64,000 nucleotides of DNA from an uncultured Nitrospiraceae bacterium (GCA_964475485.1 CAYYWY010000003.1:10485-74484), one strand, 5' to 3'. Positions 9,624 through 20,649 are shown, numbered from the stretch's first letter. The notes: a model not told the origin generated them from the letters alone. Translations and numbers: made by a program.

Positions 9624-9964
9624 TTAATTTACGCAGGGGAAGTATGGTATCATATTCAAAGCCGTTGTTTATCGCCTTTCTCCTGTGCAGCCTCTTTGGC
9701 ATTGTCTGGCTCAGATCGAATTTCATCTCAATGGAGTACGCGATAAGCGGACTCGAAAAAATAAAGTCGGACAGGCTCAGAGAGACAAAGATGCTGATGG
9801 CCGAGAAGGCTTCTGTTATGTCGATACACAGGGTGGAGAAGACAGCGTTTCGGGAACTCGGTCTTGTCTTCCCGGACAGGACGAAAGTAGTATATGTAAA
9901 GACAAAAGACGCGGGGCCCCGGAGGGCCTCATTCGAAGCAGCACCTTCGGGGGTTCGGCGCTGA
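9620..9964 (+). CDS. ftsL: cell division protein FtsL-like
   Basis: 114 aa with a single TM (LFIAFLLCSLFGIVWL) followed by a helical segment. Canonical position between rsmH and ftsI. Start is GTG 9620 (GTGA overlap with rsmH) or ATG 9644. Confidence 0.7.
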   Translation: MINLRRGSMVSYSKPLFIAFLLCSLFGIVWLRSNFISMEYAISGLEKIKSDRLRETKMLMAEKASVMSIHRVEKTAFRELGLVFPDRTKVVYVKTKDAGPRRASFEAAPSGVRR

Positions 9965-9982
9965 CATGGGCCCGGTGGACCC

Positions 9983-11674
9983 ATGAGGAAAAGGGCTGTC
10001 ATCCTCAATACCGTTATAGGCTTCTGTTTCGTTGTTGTCGTCCTGCGTCTCGTGGAAATAATGGTACTGAATCACGAAAGGCTTTATGAGAGGGCGAGGA
10101 TGCAGCAGATAAAGGGTGAGGAGATACAGGTGAGGCGAGGGGTCATTGTTGACCGCCGTGGAAGGGAACTGGCGGTAAACCTCGAACTGGAGTCCCTCTA
10201 CAGCGATCCTTCGGAGGTCGACTCCGCGGAAAAGAGCGCCTTGAAGCTCTCCGGCATAACCGGAAAGCCTGCGAGAGCGATCCTCGCTAAGCTGAACTCC
10301 GAGGGACGTTTCGTCTGGATCGAGAGGAAAATCGAACCTGATACTGCGAGGAAGATCAAGGATCTGAGGATGAAGGGATTTGGTTTTGTGAACGATGCAA
10401 AGAGGTTTTATCCTAAAGGCCGCCTTGCGTCCCATGTCCTTGGTTTTGTCGATATCGACAACAGGGGTATAGAGGGAGTCGAACTCAAATACCATAATTC
10501 TCTGAACACCAGCGGCGGGAAAGTTCTTCTCGCCAGGGACGCCGGCGGCCGGACACTGTCCCAGGGAGTGAATATGGAGTCCAGGGGCAACAATCTGGTC
10601 CTCACGATCGACGAAGGACTGCAGTACATGGTCGAGACAGAGCTTGACAGGGCAATGGAAAAATGGCGAGCAGCAGCAGCCTCCGCCATTATGATGGATC
10701 CGTTTACAGGGGAGATCCTTGCCCTTGCAAACAGACCTTCGTTCAATCCTAATACGATTTCAGGAAGCAGGAATTTCGAAAGGAGAAACAGAGCCGTGAC
10801 CGATTGTTACGAGCCCGGCTCCACCTTCAAGATTATCGTCGGCACCGCCGCACTTGAAGAGAAGGCTGTTTCTTTGAATACGACCTTCGACTGCAGCAGG
10901 GGAGTCGTGGATGTGGGCGGCAGGATTATACACGACGCCCACAGACACGGAGTGCTAACCTTTAAGGAAGTTATCCAGAAGTCCTCAAATGTCGGTTCCG
11001 TCATGATCGGCATGAAACTGGGGAAAGATAGGATATACAGGTATGCAAGGGAATTCGGCTTCGGGGAGAAGACAGGCGTGGACCTTCCCGGCGAGGCGAC
11101 GGGCTGGATAAGGCCGCCGGAGAGGTGGTCCGGGGTATCCATCGGTTCCGTTTCGATCGGGCAGGAAATAGCGGTCACCCCCCTTCAGGTACTTCGGGCA
11201 TACGCTGCAATAGCAAATGGAGGCCTACTCGTCACGCCTCATGTGGTGTCTAAGATAATAAGCCCTGAAGGCGAGCTGCTATGGGCCTTTCAGGGAGAGA
11301 CAAGAAGGGTAATATCAAGGAGCACGGCAGAGACCTTTAAGGAGATTTTAAAGACGGTCACAGAAGACGGCGGAACTGCGAAGACCGCTGCCGTGAGCGG
11401 CAATTACGTAGCCGGCAAGACAGGAACAGCCCAGATGGTCGACCCGCAAACCAAGAAGTATTCAAAAGAAAAATACATAAGTTCCTTTGTCGGCTTTGTA
11501 CCTGCAGACAGCCCGAGGCTTGCTATGATCGTAGTGATATACGAGCCCAGGGGCCAGATCTATGGAGGGGTTGTGGCGGCGCCAGTGTTCAAGAAGATAG
11601 CAGAGAACGCCCTTTCTTATCTTGATGTGCCGAGGGAAGACAATTTTGAAAATGTGCTGGTGGTTGCGAGATGA
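9983..11674 (+). CDS. ftsI: peptidoglycan D,D-transpeptidase FtsI (class B PBP)
   Basis: 563 aa with an N-terminal anchor and transpeptidase motifs GSTFK (SxxK), SSN and KTGT. Confidence 0.93.
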   Translation: MRKRAVILNTVIGFCFVVVVLRLVEIMVLNHERLYERARMQQIKGEEIQVRRGVIVDRRGRELAVNLELESLYSDPSEVDSAEKSALKLSGITGKPARAILAKLNSEGRFVWIERKIEPDTARKIKDLRMKGFGFVNDAKRFYPKGRLASHVLGFVDIDNRGIEGVELKYHNSLNTSGGKVLLARDAGGRTLSQGVNMESRGNNLVLTIDEGLQYMVETELDRAMEKWRAAAASAIMMDPFTGEILALANRPSFNPNTISGSRNFERRNRAVTDCYEPGSTFKIIVGTAALEEKAVSLNTTFDCSRGVVDVGGRIIHDAHRHGVLTFKEVIQKSSNVGSVMIGMKLGKDRIYRYAREFGFGEKTGVDLPGEATGWIRPPERWSGVSIGSVSIGQEIAVTPLQVLRAYAAIANGGLLVTPHVVSKIISPEGELLWAFQGETRRVISRSTAETFKEILKTVTEDGGTAKTAAVSGNYVAGKTGTAQMVDPQTKKYSKEKYISSFVGFVPADSPRLAMIVVIYEPRGQIYGGVVAAPVFKKIAENALSYLDVPREDNFENVLVVAR

Positions 11675-13224
11675 GGCTGGCTGACGTGCTTTCCGGATGC
11701 GAATATGAAATAGTGGGAAGAAACGGTCTCCCCGATTCCTCCCTTACCAAGGGGGTTCTGGATACCGAGATATTAGGGATCACCCATGATTCAAGAAAGG
11801 TGGCGGAAAAATCCCTCTTTGTCGCTATCAGCGGAGGCACTCTGAACGGCCATGATTTCATCCCCGACGCGGTCGCAAGAGGTGCGTCTGCGGTTATCTA
11901 CGAAGAGGATGATCTTCCTTTATCCCTTGCATCAGCCGTCTTCATTAAATCGAAAGACAGCAGAAGGACTCTGGCGTGCGTCTCGAATAATTTCTACGGG
12001 CGTCCCTCGGAAGGCATTTCAGTCATCGGAGTGACAGGGACCAACGGGAAGACTACAACTACTCATCTCATAAAATCCATACTCGAGGCATGGGGAAGAA
12101 ATGTGGGGCTTATCGGTACGATCGCTTACAGTATCGGAGACAGGCAGTATCCTGCCGCGCACACCACTCCTGAGCCTCCCGAGTTCCAGCAGCTTCTCTC
12201 AGAGATGGCGGCGGCGGGGTGCAGTCATGTGGTTACCGAGGTTTCTTCCCATTCCCTCTCCCAGAGGAGAGTGGACTACACGAGATTTGCGGTAGTTGCT
12301 TTCACGAACCTCACAAGAGATCACCTCGATTTTCATGGTTCGATGGAGAACTATTTTGCTGCAAAAGAGAGATTGTTCACCGAGCTCCTTGAAGAGGCCG
12401 GAACAGCAGTGATCAACCTGGACGACCCTTGGGGGCAGAGACTCCTTTCGGTTTTCCGGGAACGCCATGGAGCGAAGAGAGGGCGGAAATGTCCTTCCCT
12501 CATCACCTATGGAACTGAAAGAGGCGATCTCCTTGCATCCGACATCGAGAGTTCCCTGAAAGGGGTCTCTTTCACCCTGACATATGAAGGAAGGTCATAC
12601 AGGATGGATTGCCAGCTGGTAGGAATGCCGAACGTATACAACATCCTTGCAGCCGCATCCTCCTGCATAGCCCTGAATATCCCCATAGAAACGGTACGGG
12701 AAGGCATCAGGCATATCGGCCATGTTAAGGGAAGGCTTGAGAAACTTGAAGCGGGCCAGGACTTTCTCTGCATCATAGATTATGCCCATACTCCCGATGC
12801 GCTCGAACGGCTCATTATCACTGCCAGGGCTCTTCTGAAGAACAAGGACAGACCTTCCCGCATCCTAACCCTGTTCGGTTGCGGGGGTGACAGGGACAGG
12901 GGGAAGCGGCCGGTGATGGGTGAGATTGCAACGAGGCTCAGTGACTATGTGATTATAACGTCAGACAATCCGAGAAGCGAAGATCCCGATAAGATTATCC
13001 AGGAGATCGTCGCGGGCGTTTCGAGAGATAATTATTGTGTCATTCCCGACAGAAAGGAAGCCATATTCACGGCAGTCGGAAGGTCGGGTACCGGGGACAT
13101 CCTGCTAATCGCGGGCAAAGGGCACGAGGATTATCAGGAGATAAAGGGAATTCGCTATCCGTTCAGCGACAGGGAGTTCGCTCAGGAGGCGATAAGGAAC
13201 AGGGCCGTATGTGAGGAACGGTAG
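11671..13224 (+). CDS. murE: UDP-N-acetylmuramoyl-L-alanyl-D-glutamate--2,6-diaminopimelate ligase
   Basis: Mur ligase P-loop [11 protein letters not shown]. The DNPR motif (SDNPRSEDP) indicates the meso-DAP-adding type. ATGA overlap with ftsI. Confidence 0.95.
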   Translation: MRLADVLSGCEYEIVGRNGLPDSSLTKGVLDTEILGITHDSRKVAEKSLFVAISGGTLNGHDFIPDAVARGASAVIYEEDDLPLSLASAVFIKSKDSRRTLACVSNNFYGRPSEGISVIGVTGTNGKTTTTHLIKSILEAWGRNVGLIGTIAYSIGDRQYPAAHTTPEPPEFQQLLSEMAAAGCSHVVTEVSSHSLSQRRVDYTRFAVVAFTNLTRDHLDFHGSMENYFAAKERLFTELLEEAGTAVINLDDPWGQRLLSVFRERHGAKRGRKCPSLITYGTERGDLLASDIESSLKGVSFTLTYEGRSYRMDCQLVGMPNVYNILAAASSCIALNIPIETVREGIRHIGHVKGRLEKLEAGQDFLCIIDYAHTPDALERLIITARALLKNKDRPSRILTLFGCGGDRDRGKRPVMGEIATRLSDYVIITSDNPRSEDPDKIIQEIVAGVSRDNYCVIPDRKEAIFTAVGRSGTGDILLIAGKGHEDYQEIKGIRYPFSDREFAQEAIRNRAVCEER

Positions 13225-13259
13225 AGGTCCACGGGGAATCCATTGAGATACAAGGAGAC

Positions 13260-14657
13260 ATGGCAACGATAGCGGTCAGGGAGATATTGTCTGCCACGGG
13301 CGGAAGGCTGATCTGCGGCGATACTGATGCGACCGTCTTCACCGGGGTTTCCATAGACTCCAGGAGCATTGCGGACGGGGAACTATTCGTTGCCCTTAAG
13401 GGCGAACGGTTCGACGGTCATGATTTTTTCATGGATGCGATGAAGAAGGGGAAAGGGGCCGTGGTGAGCATTCCCCCTGCGGTACCGCCGAAGGGGAAGG
13501 CAGTAATCCATGTGAGGAATACCCTGAAGGCGCTCCAGGACATAGCCCGTTACGAAAGGACGAAGAGACGTATCACGGTGATCGGCATTACCGGTACGAA
13601 CGGAAAGACAACGACAAAGGAGTTGATCGCGTCGATATTGGGTATGAGACACAGGGTCACGAAGAATTTCGGGAATCTCAACAACCAGATAGGGTTGCCC
13701 TTGAGCCTCATCCGGATCGGGGATGGCGACGAGTTTGCGGTGGTGGAGATGGGAGCAAGCATCAGGGGCGACATAAAGGAGTTGTGTGATATCGCCTTGC
13801 CTGACTATGGGGTGATCACCAATATCGGACCGGCCCATCTCGAGGGATTCGGGGATATTGCAACGGTGAGGAGCACAAAACTCGAGCTTTATGATGCGGT
13901 GAAGACCATCGCGGTGAATGCCGACGACGGGCTCCTCATGGAAGGTGTCTCCGGAAGGAAGTTAAAGGGCGGCGGACCGGATGTCATCACCTTCGGCATG
14001 AGCGAAAGCGCCGATATATACGCAAAGGATGCCGTTCTGGAGGAGGGAAGATCCCTCTTTTCCCTCTGCCTGGGAAGCGCTTGTATTGACATCGCCCTCA
14101 GGATCGGCGGAAGATTCAATATTTATAATGCCCTCGCCGCAACCTCAGTCTGCAGCGCACTGGGCGCAGGGCCCGAGGAGATCAAACAAGGGATCGAGTC
14201 CTTTGAGGGTGTTCCCATGAGACTCGAGTTCAAGGAATTGTTCGGTGCAACGGTGATTAGCGATGTCTATAATGCGAACCCGGCGTCCATGGAGGAGGCT
14301 GTCAAGGAAATGGTGAGATTGAGAAGGACGAGGACCGTGGCGGTTCTCGGAGACATGCTGGAACTGGGCGCCTATGCCGAGGAAGCCCACAGGAAGCTGG
14401 GAAAATGGATGGCAGGGTTGCCGGTTGATGTGTTCATAGCCGTGGGTACTCTGATGGCAAGGGCTGCCGAGGAATTCTCTGCAGCGCGTAAGAGTTCTTC
14501 GGGCGTGTTTGAAGCGTCCACATCTGACGTGGCAAGGGATATCCTGCGCAACTTGTGCGGCGAGGGCGATACGGTCCTCGTTAAAGGCTCAAGGAGCATG
14601 AATATGGAGAGAGTCCTCGGGGATGGCGCTTCAAAGGAGGTGAGGAATGCTCTATAG
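13260..14657 (+). CDS. murF: UDP-N-acetylmuramoyl-tripeptide--D-alanyl-D-alanine ligase
   Basis: 465 aa with [13 protein letters not shown]. Mur ligase architecture and canonical position. Confidence 0.95.
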   Translation: MATIAVREILSATGGRLICGDTDATVFTGVSIDSRSIADGELFVALKGERFDGHDFFMDAMKKGKGAVVSIPPAVPPKGKAVIHVRNTLKALQDIARYERTKRRITVIGITGTNGKTTTKELIASILGMRHRVTKNFGNLNNQIGLPLSLIRIGDGDEFAVVEMGASIRGDIKELCDIALPDYGVITNIGPAHLEGFGDIATVRSTKLELYDAVKTIAVNADDGLLMEGVSGRKLKGGGPDVITFGMSESADIYAKDAVLEEGRSLFSLCLGSACIDIALRIGGRFNIYNALAATSVCSALGAGPEEIKQGIESFEGVPMRLEFKELFGATVISDVYNANPASMEEAVKEMVRLRRTRTVAVLGDMLELGAYAEEAHRKLGKWMAGLPVDVFIAVGTLMARAAEEFSAARKSSSGVFEASTSDVARDILRNLCGEGDTVLVKGSRSMNMERVLGDGASKEVRNAL

Positions 14658-15729
14658 CCTCCTTTACAGCCTCCATGACTGGTTCTCTCCGTTTAACGTC
14701 TTTAGGTATATCACCTTCAGGACGGCTGTTGCCATACTTACGGCCATGGCGATTACGTTTCTGTTCGGTCCCTGGGTAGTGAAGAGGCTCAGGAGACTGA
14801 GCGTGACGCAGCAGATCAGGGACGACGGTCCCGGGACTCATGCCTCCAAGTCGGGAACTCCGACCATGGGAGGGATCCTTATCATAGGTTCAGTCGTCCT
14901 GGCGGTGCTTCTCTGGGGCGATCTTAAGAACATGTACATATGGATGATGCTTCTATCCATCACCGGGTTCGGGGCCATAGGCCTTATTGATGATTACCTC
15001 AAGGTCGTAAGGAGGAACCACAAGGGCCTCAGGGCGTGGCACAAATTCGGTTCCCAGCTTGTCTTTGCGCTGCTGATAGGGATATTCCTTTATATAAATC
15101 CGAAGGACCCGTACAGCGATGTCCTGAGCATTCCTTTTTTCAAGAGATGGCTCATTGATCTTGGATGGTTCTACATCCCATTCTCGATCATGGTGATTGT
15201 AGGTTCTTCCAATGCAGTGAACCTCACAGACGGCATTGACGGCCTTGCCATCGGGCTTGTGGGCATCGCCGTACTCGCCAACGGCGCCCTGGTGTATATT
15301 TCCGGAAACAAAAACCTCGCCCAGTACCTGCAGGTACTCTATCTTCCCGGCACGGGCGAACTCACCGTCTTTTGCGGAGCGATGCTCGGAGCGTCCCTGG
15401 GATTCCTCTGGTACAACTCGTATCCTGCCGACGTATTCATGGGGGATGTGGGTTCCCTCGGGCTGGGGGGCGCACTCGGGACTCTTGCAGTGATCACGAA
15501 GCACGAGATCGTCCTGGCGCTGGTTGGGGGGATATTTGTGATAGAGACCTTATCGGTAATCCTCCAGGTTACGTCATTTAAGCTGACCGGAAAGAGAGTA
15601 TTCAAGATGGCCCCCATTCACCATCACTTCGAATTGAAGGGGTGGCCGGAACCTAAAGTAATCGTGAGGTTCTGGATAGTCGGGATAATATTGGCGCTTT
15701 TGAGCCTTACAACCCTCAAGGTGAGGTGA
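14647..15729 (+). CDS. mraY: phospho-N-acetylmuramoyl-pentapeptide transferase
   Basis: 360-aa polytopic membrane protein with [13 protein letters not shown] and [11 protein letters not shown] motifs. Confidence 0.97.
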   Translation: MLYSLLYSLHDWFSPFNVFRYITFRTAVAILTAMAITFLFGPWVVKRLRRLSVTQQIRDDGPGTHASKSGTPTMGGILIIGSVVLAVLLWGDLKNMYIWMMLLSITGFGAIGLIDDYLKVVRRNHKGLRAWHKFGSQLVFALLIGIFLYINPKDPYSDVLSIPFFKRWLIDLGWFYIPFSIMVIVGSSNAVNLTDGIDGLAIGLVGIAVLANGALVYISGNKNLAQYLQVLYLPGTGELTVFCGAMLGASLGFLWYNSYPADVFMGDVGSLGLGGALGTLAVITKHEIVLALVGGIFVIETLSVILQVTSFKLTGKRVFKMAPIHHHFELKGWPEPKVIVRFWIVGIILALLSLTTLKVR

Positions 15730-16850
15730 GCATGAACAGAGCAAGCCAGAAGCCGGAAGTCAGAAGCCGGAAGAAAGAAACACGAAAGAAGGCATCAGGA
15801 GGCGTTTCGGCGAAGGTTCCCTTTCTCGTTCCGGTAATCGCCTTCTTTCTGTATTCTGTCTTCTCTATTCCGTATTCTTCCTTTGCCTCTGAGATAAATT
15901 CAAAGGCGGCTGTGGTGATGGAGGCATCCACAGGGAGGATACTGTACGGTAAGAATCCGAGTCTCAAACTGCCCCCCGCGAGCACCACTAAACTTGTGAC
16001 CGCAATGGTCGTCCTCGACAGGTTGGGGCCGGACGACACGGTCGCCATAAGTGAGAAGGCTGCACATATATCTCCCACAAAGGCAAATTTCAGAACAGGG
16101 GAAAGGGTCAAGGTCGAGACACTTCTGAACGCGGCCCTCATAAAATCGGCCAATGACGCAGCTTACGCCCTTGCAGAAGCCGTATCCGGTTCGGAAGAAA
16201 GGTTTGTGGAACTCATGAACCAGAAAGTAATTGCACTGGGTATGTCCGATACGCGGTTCGTCAATGCCACGGGACTCCCGGGACACGGACAGCATACTAC
16301 GGCATACGATCTTGCGAGGATGCTGAGGTATGCCCTCAGGTACCCCCTGATAAAGGAGATCGTCAATACGAAGGCGGGCCGTATCTCCACAGAGAACGGC
16401 AGGACCATCTTTATCAAGAACAGCAACAGGCTCCTCTGGACTGATGAATCGATTCTCGGCGGCAAAACGGGATATACCAGAGAGGCGAAACACTGTCTGG
16501 TCTGTGCCAGTGAGCAGGAGAATGAGACGGTTATCGCAGCCTTGCTCGGCGCTCCCAGCAGAGAGACGTTATGGAAGGAAACGGAAGAACTGATGGAAAA
16601 GGGTCTTGCTATTATGCACGGTAAGGAAGACCCGGTCATGTATTTCACAAGGGCTGATTATAAGGCATCTGTTCAGCCTGCGTCATATCGCACAAAGAGT
16701 GCCCAGGGAAAAGAAGTGGCGGACAAGAAAGCCCGAAAAAAGGTTGCCAAGAAAAAGTCGAGGGCGGCAAGACCATCCAAACATGCAACGAAGAAGAAAA
16801 AGGAGACAACTAGGGTAGAGGCGAGGGGACAAGGTGGAGACAGAGGGTAA
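15726..16850 (+). CDS. D-alanyl-D-alanine carboxypeptidase (peptidase S11, low-MW PBP) with polybasic C-terminal tail
   Basis: 374 aa. Active-site motifs ASTTK (SxxK), SAND (SxN) and KTGYT (KTG). Basic N-terminus plus a TM anchor. The C-terminus is [27 protein letters not shown]. Start is GTG 15726 or ATG 15732. Confidence 0.85.
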   Translation: MSMNRASQKPEVRSRKKETRKKASGGVSAKVPFLVPVIAFFLYSVFSIPYSSFASEINSKAAVVMEASTGRILYGKNPSLKLPPASTTKLVTAMVVLDRLGPDDTVAISEKAAHISPTKANFRTGERVKVETLLNAALIKSANDAAYALAEAVSGSEERFVELMNQKVIALGMSDTRFVNATGLPGHGQHTTAYDLARMLRYALRYPLIKEIVNTKAGRISTENGRTIFIKNSNRLLWTDESILGGKTGYTREAKHCLVCASEQENETVIAALLGAPSRETLWKETEELMEKGLAIMHGKEDPVMYFTRADYKASVQPASYRTKSAQGKEVADKKARKKVAKKKSRAARPSKHATKKKKETTRVEARGQGGDRG

Positions 16851-18285
16851 GAGGGTTCTCATCTTCGGTCTCGGCCGGAGCGGTGTTGGAGCGGCCAACC
16901 TGCTGTCGGCTTCCGGAGCAGAGGTGACGGTTACAGACAGAAAGAAGGAGGGCGAGCTCCTTGAAAACATCCGGAAGCTTCTTCCTTCAGTAAAGCTTTG
17001 CCTCGGCGGATACCCTCAGAGCATGAACGGGACGGATCTTGTGGTGCTGAGCCCGGGAGTTCCCCTGGAAATCGAGCCGGTTCGCATGGCCAGGGAGAAG
17101 GGGATAAAGGTTATCGGAGAACTGGAACTTGCGTACGCGATGGTCAAGAGCATGCGGGAACGGGCGGGAAGGCTGATCCCGTTTCTTGCTGTCACAGGGA
17201 GCAACGGGAAGTCCACGACGACGACGCTGCTCGACAGGATGCTGAAGAAGGGAGGATTCAGGACGATCCTCGGCGGGAACATCGGAAATGCTCTGACGGA
17301 AGAGATAAGGAAAGCGACACAAGGAAAGGCTAAGGCTGAGGCCGAGGAGAAAGGGAACCTCAACCTTGAACTTGCCGATTTTATTGTCGTTGAGGTTTCA
17401 AGTTTTCAACTCGAATCCATAGACGAGTTCAGGCCCAAGGGTGCGGCGATCCTCAACGTCACGCCTGACCATCTGGACAGATATCATTCCATGGAGGAGT
17501 ACAGTGATGCAAAGGCGGAGATATTCAGGAGCCAGACCGGGGATGACTTCCTTGTGCTGAACGCCGACGATCCCGAGACGATCAGAATAAGAGACAGGAA
17601 GCTGGAACCGAGGAGTACAAGACCAAGGATTTATTTCTTCAGTCGCCGTGGAGAGGTAAAAGGCGTTTATTCCAAGAAGGGTGTTGTCTACTGCAACATT
17701 CCTGAGATTCCTTTTCCCGTTTCGCATTTCCCTCTTATAAGGGCTGATGAAATGAGGATTAAGGGGGTCCACAACCTGGAGAATGCCATGGCCTCATCGG
17801 CCATGGCTCTCCTTGCAGGTTGCCCGCCCGATGCCGTGGCTTCGGTACTCAGGGGATTTCCAGGGCTCGAACACAGGCTTGAGTTCGTGCGCGAACTTGA
17901 TGGCGTCAGGTATGTAAACGATTCAAAGGGTACCAATGTGGGTGCGGTAATGAAATCCCTGGAGGGATTCTCAGAGCCGATAATACTTATTGCCGGCGGC
18001 AGGGATAAGGCGGGTGACTTCGCCCCGCTCAGACCGCTGGTAAAGGAGAAAGTGAAAACGCTTATTCTTATCGGCGAGGCGGCTGGGAAAATGAAAAGTA
18101 TCCTGGGGGACCTCACTGGGACGGTTCTTGCCGTCGATATGGAGGATGCGGTGCAGAAGGCACGTGAGTCGGCAGACAGCGGAGATGTGGTTCTGCTTTC
18201 CCCCGCATGTGCAAGCTTCGACATGTTCAGGGATTTCGAGGACAGGGGAGAACAGTTCAAGACGGCCGTCAGGGGGTTGTCTTAA
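16834..18285 (+). CDS. murD: UDP-N-acetylmuramoylalanine--D-glutamate ligase
   Basis: 483 aa with LGRSG N-terminus, VTGSNGKSTTT and SSFQLES. The GTG start overlaps the preceding gene by 17 nt. Confidence 0.93.
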   Translation: METEGKRVLIFGLGRSGVGAANLLSASGAEVTVTDRKKEGELLENIRKLLPSVKLCLGGYPQSMNGTDLVVLSPGVPLEIEPVRMAREKGIKVIGELELAYAMVKSMRERAGRLIPFLAVTGSNGKSTTTTLLDRMLKKGGFRTILGGNIGNALTEEIRKATQGKAKAEAEEKGNLNLELADFIVVEVSSFQLESIDEFRPKGAAILNVTPDHLDRYHSMEEYSDAKAEIFRSQTGDDFLVLNADDPETIRIRDRKLEPRSTRPRIYFFSRRGEVKGVYSKKGVVYCNIPEIPFPVSHFPLIRADEMRIKGVHNLENAMASSAMALLAGCPPDAVASVLRGFPGLEHRLEFVRELDGVRYVNDSKGTNVGAVMKSLEGFSEPIILIAGGRDKAGDFAPLRPLVKEKVKTLILIGEAAGKMKSILGDLTGTVLAVDMEDAVQKARESADSGDVVLLSPACASFDMFRDFEDRGEQFKTAVRGLS

Positions 18286-18287
18286 AG

Positions 18288-19508
18288 ATGATGAACAGCC
18301 ATCGCCATGACAGGTGGCTCCTGCTGATCACGGTTGTCCTTATTCTATTCGGCGCGATAATGATCTACAGCTCCACTTCAGTTGTCACCCCTTTCCATGA
18401 GAAGAGGAACATCTCCCCCTTCTTCTATTTCAAGAAGCATGCCATTACAGTGCTTCTTGGTATAGTATTCATGCATATCGCCTTCAGGACCGGCACTGAG
18501 ACGCTAAAGAAGGCGGCGATTCCCCTGCTCGTATTCTCTCTTATCCTCCTTGTGCTTGTTTTCGTGCCCAAGATCGGGATAAGTGCCGGAGGCGCAAGGA
18601 GATGGATAAGGCTTTGGCCTTCAACCTTCCAGCCGTCCGAGCTGGTTAAACTTGCGATGGTCGTCTTTCTTGCCTGGTATATGTCAAGGCCTTCGTATAA
18701 GACAGACAGCATTTATTCATTTCTGATTCCCATCGGCGTCATGGGGCTCTTCCAGGGTGTGTTTCTAAAACAGCCCGATTTCGGCGCTGCCATGAGCCTC
18801 TGCTTTCTCACTATCGCCATGCTCATCCTCTCAGGAGTCCGGATGAGGTACATTGCCCTGCTCGGGATTCTCCTTATTCCCATCTTGGTGAAGCTTCTGA
18901 TGGAGCCTTACCGGCTGAAGAGGCTCCTTGCTTTTCTCGATCCGTGGAAGGACCCCCAGGGTTCGGGATTTCAGCTTGTGCAGTCCTTTATAGCCCTTGG
19001 AAGCGGGGGCATCACAGGGGTCGGCCTGGGGGAGAGCAAACAGAAGCTCTCCTTTCTCCCGGAATCCCATACGGACTTTATCTTTTCCCTTGTGGGAGAG
19101 GAACTGGGACTCATAGGAGCGATGATCGTTGTCTGCCTGTTCTTCCTTTTGTTCCTCAGGGGTGTGTCTATTGCCAATAAGACAAGGGACGACCTCTTCG
19201 GATATTATCTCGCTTCTGGCCTTTCGATAATGATCGCTCTGCAGGCGCTTATTAATTTCTGCGTCGCCACAGGACTTGTTCCGACAAAGGGGCTTCCCCT
19301 CCCCTTCATCAGTTACGGAGGCTCTTCTCTCCTTATGAATATGACGGCCGTGGGAATACTTCTCAGGCTGTCGAAGGGGGAAGTGGCGAGGAAGACCGTG
19401 GATAAGACAGAAAGTCTCATCGAGAGGAAGAAAGCCCTCATGGCGGTGTACGGTCGAAGGCAATGCCTTGGCCGTTACGGAAGAATGGATGGGCGGGGAA
19501 ATCCATGA
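18288..19508 (+). CDS. ftsW: SEDS-family peptidoglycan glycosyltransferase FtsW
   Basis: Polytopic protein with SEDS signatures QPDFGAAM, PESHTDFIFS and LPFISYGGSS. ATG 18288 lies 2 nt after the murD stop; the ORF track opens earlier, at 18207. Confidence 0.93.
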   Translation: MMNSHRHDRWLLLITVVLILFGAIMIYSSTSVVTPFHEKRNISPFFYFKKHAITVLLGIVFMHIAFRTGTETLKKAAIPLLVFSLILLVLVFVPKIGISAGGARRWIRLWPSTFQPSELVKLAMVVFLAWYMSRPSYKTDSIYSFLIPIGVMGLFQGVFLKQPDFGAAMSLCFLTIAMLILSGVRMRYIALLGILLIPILVKLLMEPYRLKRLLAFLDPWKDPQGSGFQLVQSFIALGSGGITGVGLGESKQKLSFLPESHTDFIFSLVGEELGLIGAMIVVCLFFLLFLRGVSIANKTRDDLFGYYLASGLSIMIALQALINFCVATGLVPTKGLPLPFISYGGSSLLMNMTAVGILLRLSKGEVARKTVDKTESLIERKKALMAVYGRRQCLGRYGRMDGRGNP

Positions 19509-20617
19509 AGATCGTGATCGCGGGCGGAGGCACAGGGGGTCATCTCTTCCCCGGTATCGCTGTGGCGGAGGAGCTGAAGAAGAAGGATGTTTCAGCGGAG
19601 GTGATATTCATCGGCACGGAGTATGGTCTCGAGGCTTCCATCATTCCAAGGGAAGGATATGCCATTCGGTATCTGAGGGCGGAAGGGCTTGTGGGGAAAT
19701 CACCGGTGAAGAAGGCGAGGGCAGGGGTGAAAGCGGCCTTTTCATTGTATGATTCCTACCGCCTGTTGAAGGGATTAAGACCCGACGTACTGATCGGATT
19801 GGGCGGCTACGCATCCTTCGGCCCTGTCTTTGTAGCCTTCCTTATGGGGATACCCACGGTGATAATGGAACAGAATTCGGTACCCGGACTTGCCAACAGG
19901 ATTCTCTGCAGGGTAGTTGACATCGTCTGCGCGACATACCATGAGAGCATCTCTTTTTTCCCAAAGAACAAGACATACATCACCGGCAATCCGGTGAGAC
20001 AGGGCATCCCGAATGCCGGCAGGGAATCAGCCTATAGGCTCTTTGGTCTTGAAAGGGGGAAGTTCACGATCCTTGTCTTCGGGGGAAGTTCAGGAGCCCG
20101 GAGGATCAACAACACGGTCTGCGGGGCGTTTGCCCATATCAACGATATCAGGGAACAGGTGCAGTTTCTTCACCAGACAGGAAGGAACGACTACGAGACA
20201 GTGAGGGAAACCTACAGAAAATGGGGGTTTAAGGGGACAGTGGCAGCATTCATCAACCAGATGCCCGAGGCATATGCCGCGGCGGATATCGTGATATCAA
20301 GGGCCGGAGCCACCACCGTTGCGGAGCTGACTGCCGTTGGCAGGGCTGCGATCCTCATCCCTTATCCATATGCGGCGGGCAATCATCAGGCACTGAACGC
20401 TCAAAGGCTCTCCGAGATGGGAGCGGCACGGGTCATCCCGGATGATGAGCTTGAGCCGGAGACGCTGGCGAAGAATATTCGGGAACTCTACGAAAATCCT
20501 GGTGTCAGGCGCGAGATGCAAAGGGCCAGCAGATCCCTTGGAAAACCCGATGCCGCACAGAAGGTCGCGGAGATCGTGATGAGCCTGATCAAGAAGGGGA
20601 AGAATGAAAGGCTGTAA
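19505..20617 (+). CDS. murG: undecaprenyldiphospho-muramoylpentapeptide beta-N-acetylglucosaminyltransferase
   Basis: MKIVIAGGGTGGHLFPG N-terminus. ATGA overlap with the ftsW stop. Confidence 0.95.
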   Translation: MKIVIAGGGTGGHLFPGIAVAEELKKKDVSAEVIFIGTEYGLEASIIPREGYAIRYLRAEGLVGKSPVKKARAGVKAAFSLYDSYRLLKGLRPDVLIGLGGYASFGPVFVAFLMGIPTVIMEQNSVPGLANRILCRVVDIVCATYHESISFFPKNKTYITGNPVRQGIPNAGRESAYRLFGLERGKFTILVFGGSSGARRINNTVCGAFAHINDIREQVQFLHQTGRNDYETVRETYRKWGFKGTVAAFINQMPEAYAAADIVISRAGATTVAELTAVGRAAILIPYPYAAGNHQALNAQRLSEMGAARVIPDDELEPETLAKNIRELYENPGVRREMQRASRSLGKPDAAQKVAEIVMSLIKKGKNERL

Positions 20618-20649
20618 GATCCCGAAAGGATCCCCAAACAGGAGCGTCG

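Noticed and set aside
18207-18287. N-terminal extensions offered by the ORF track for ftsW (18207), murG (19463), ispH (49813), nifS (55760), clpP (58359), clpX (58948), the lipoprotein (30028) and aroF (45796)
   Set aside because: The extensions overlap the preceding gene out of frame and precede the conserved family N-termini. Internal starts with an RBS or ATGA/GTGA coupling were chosen instead.
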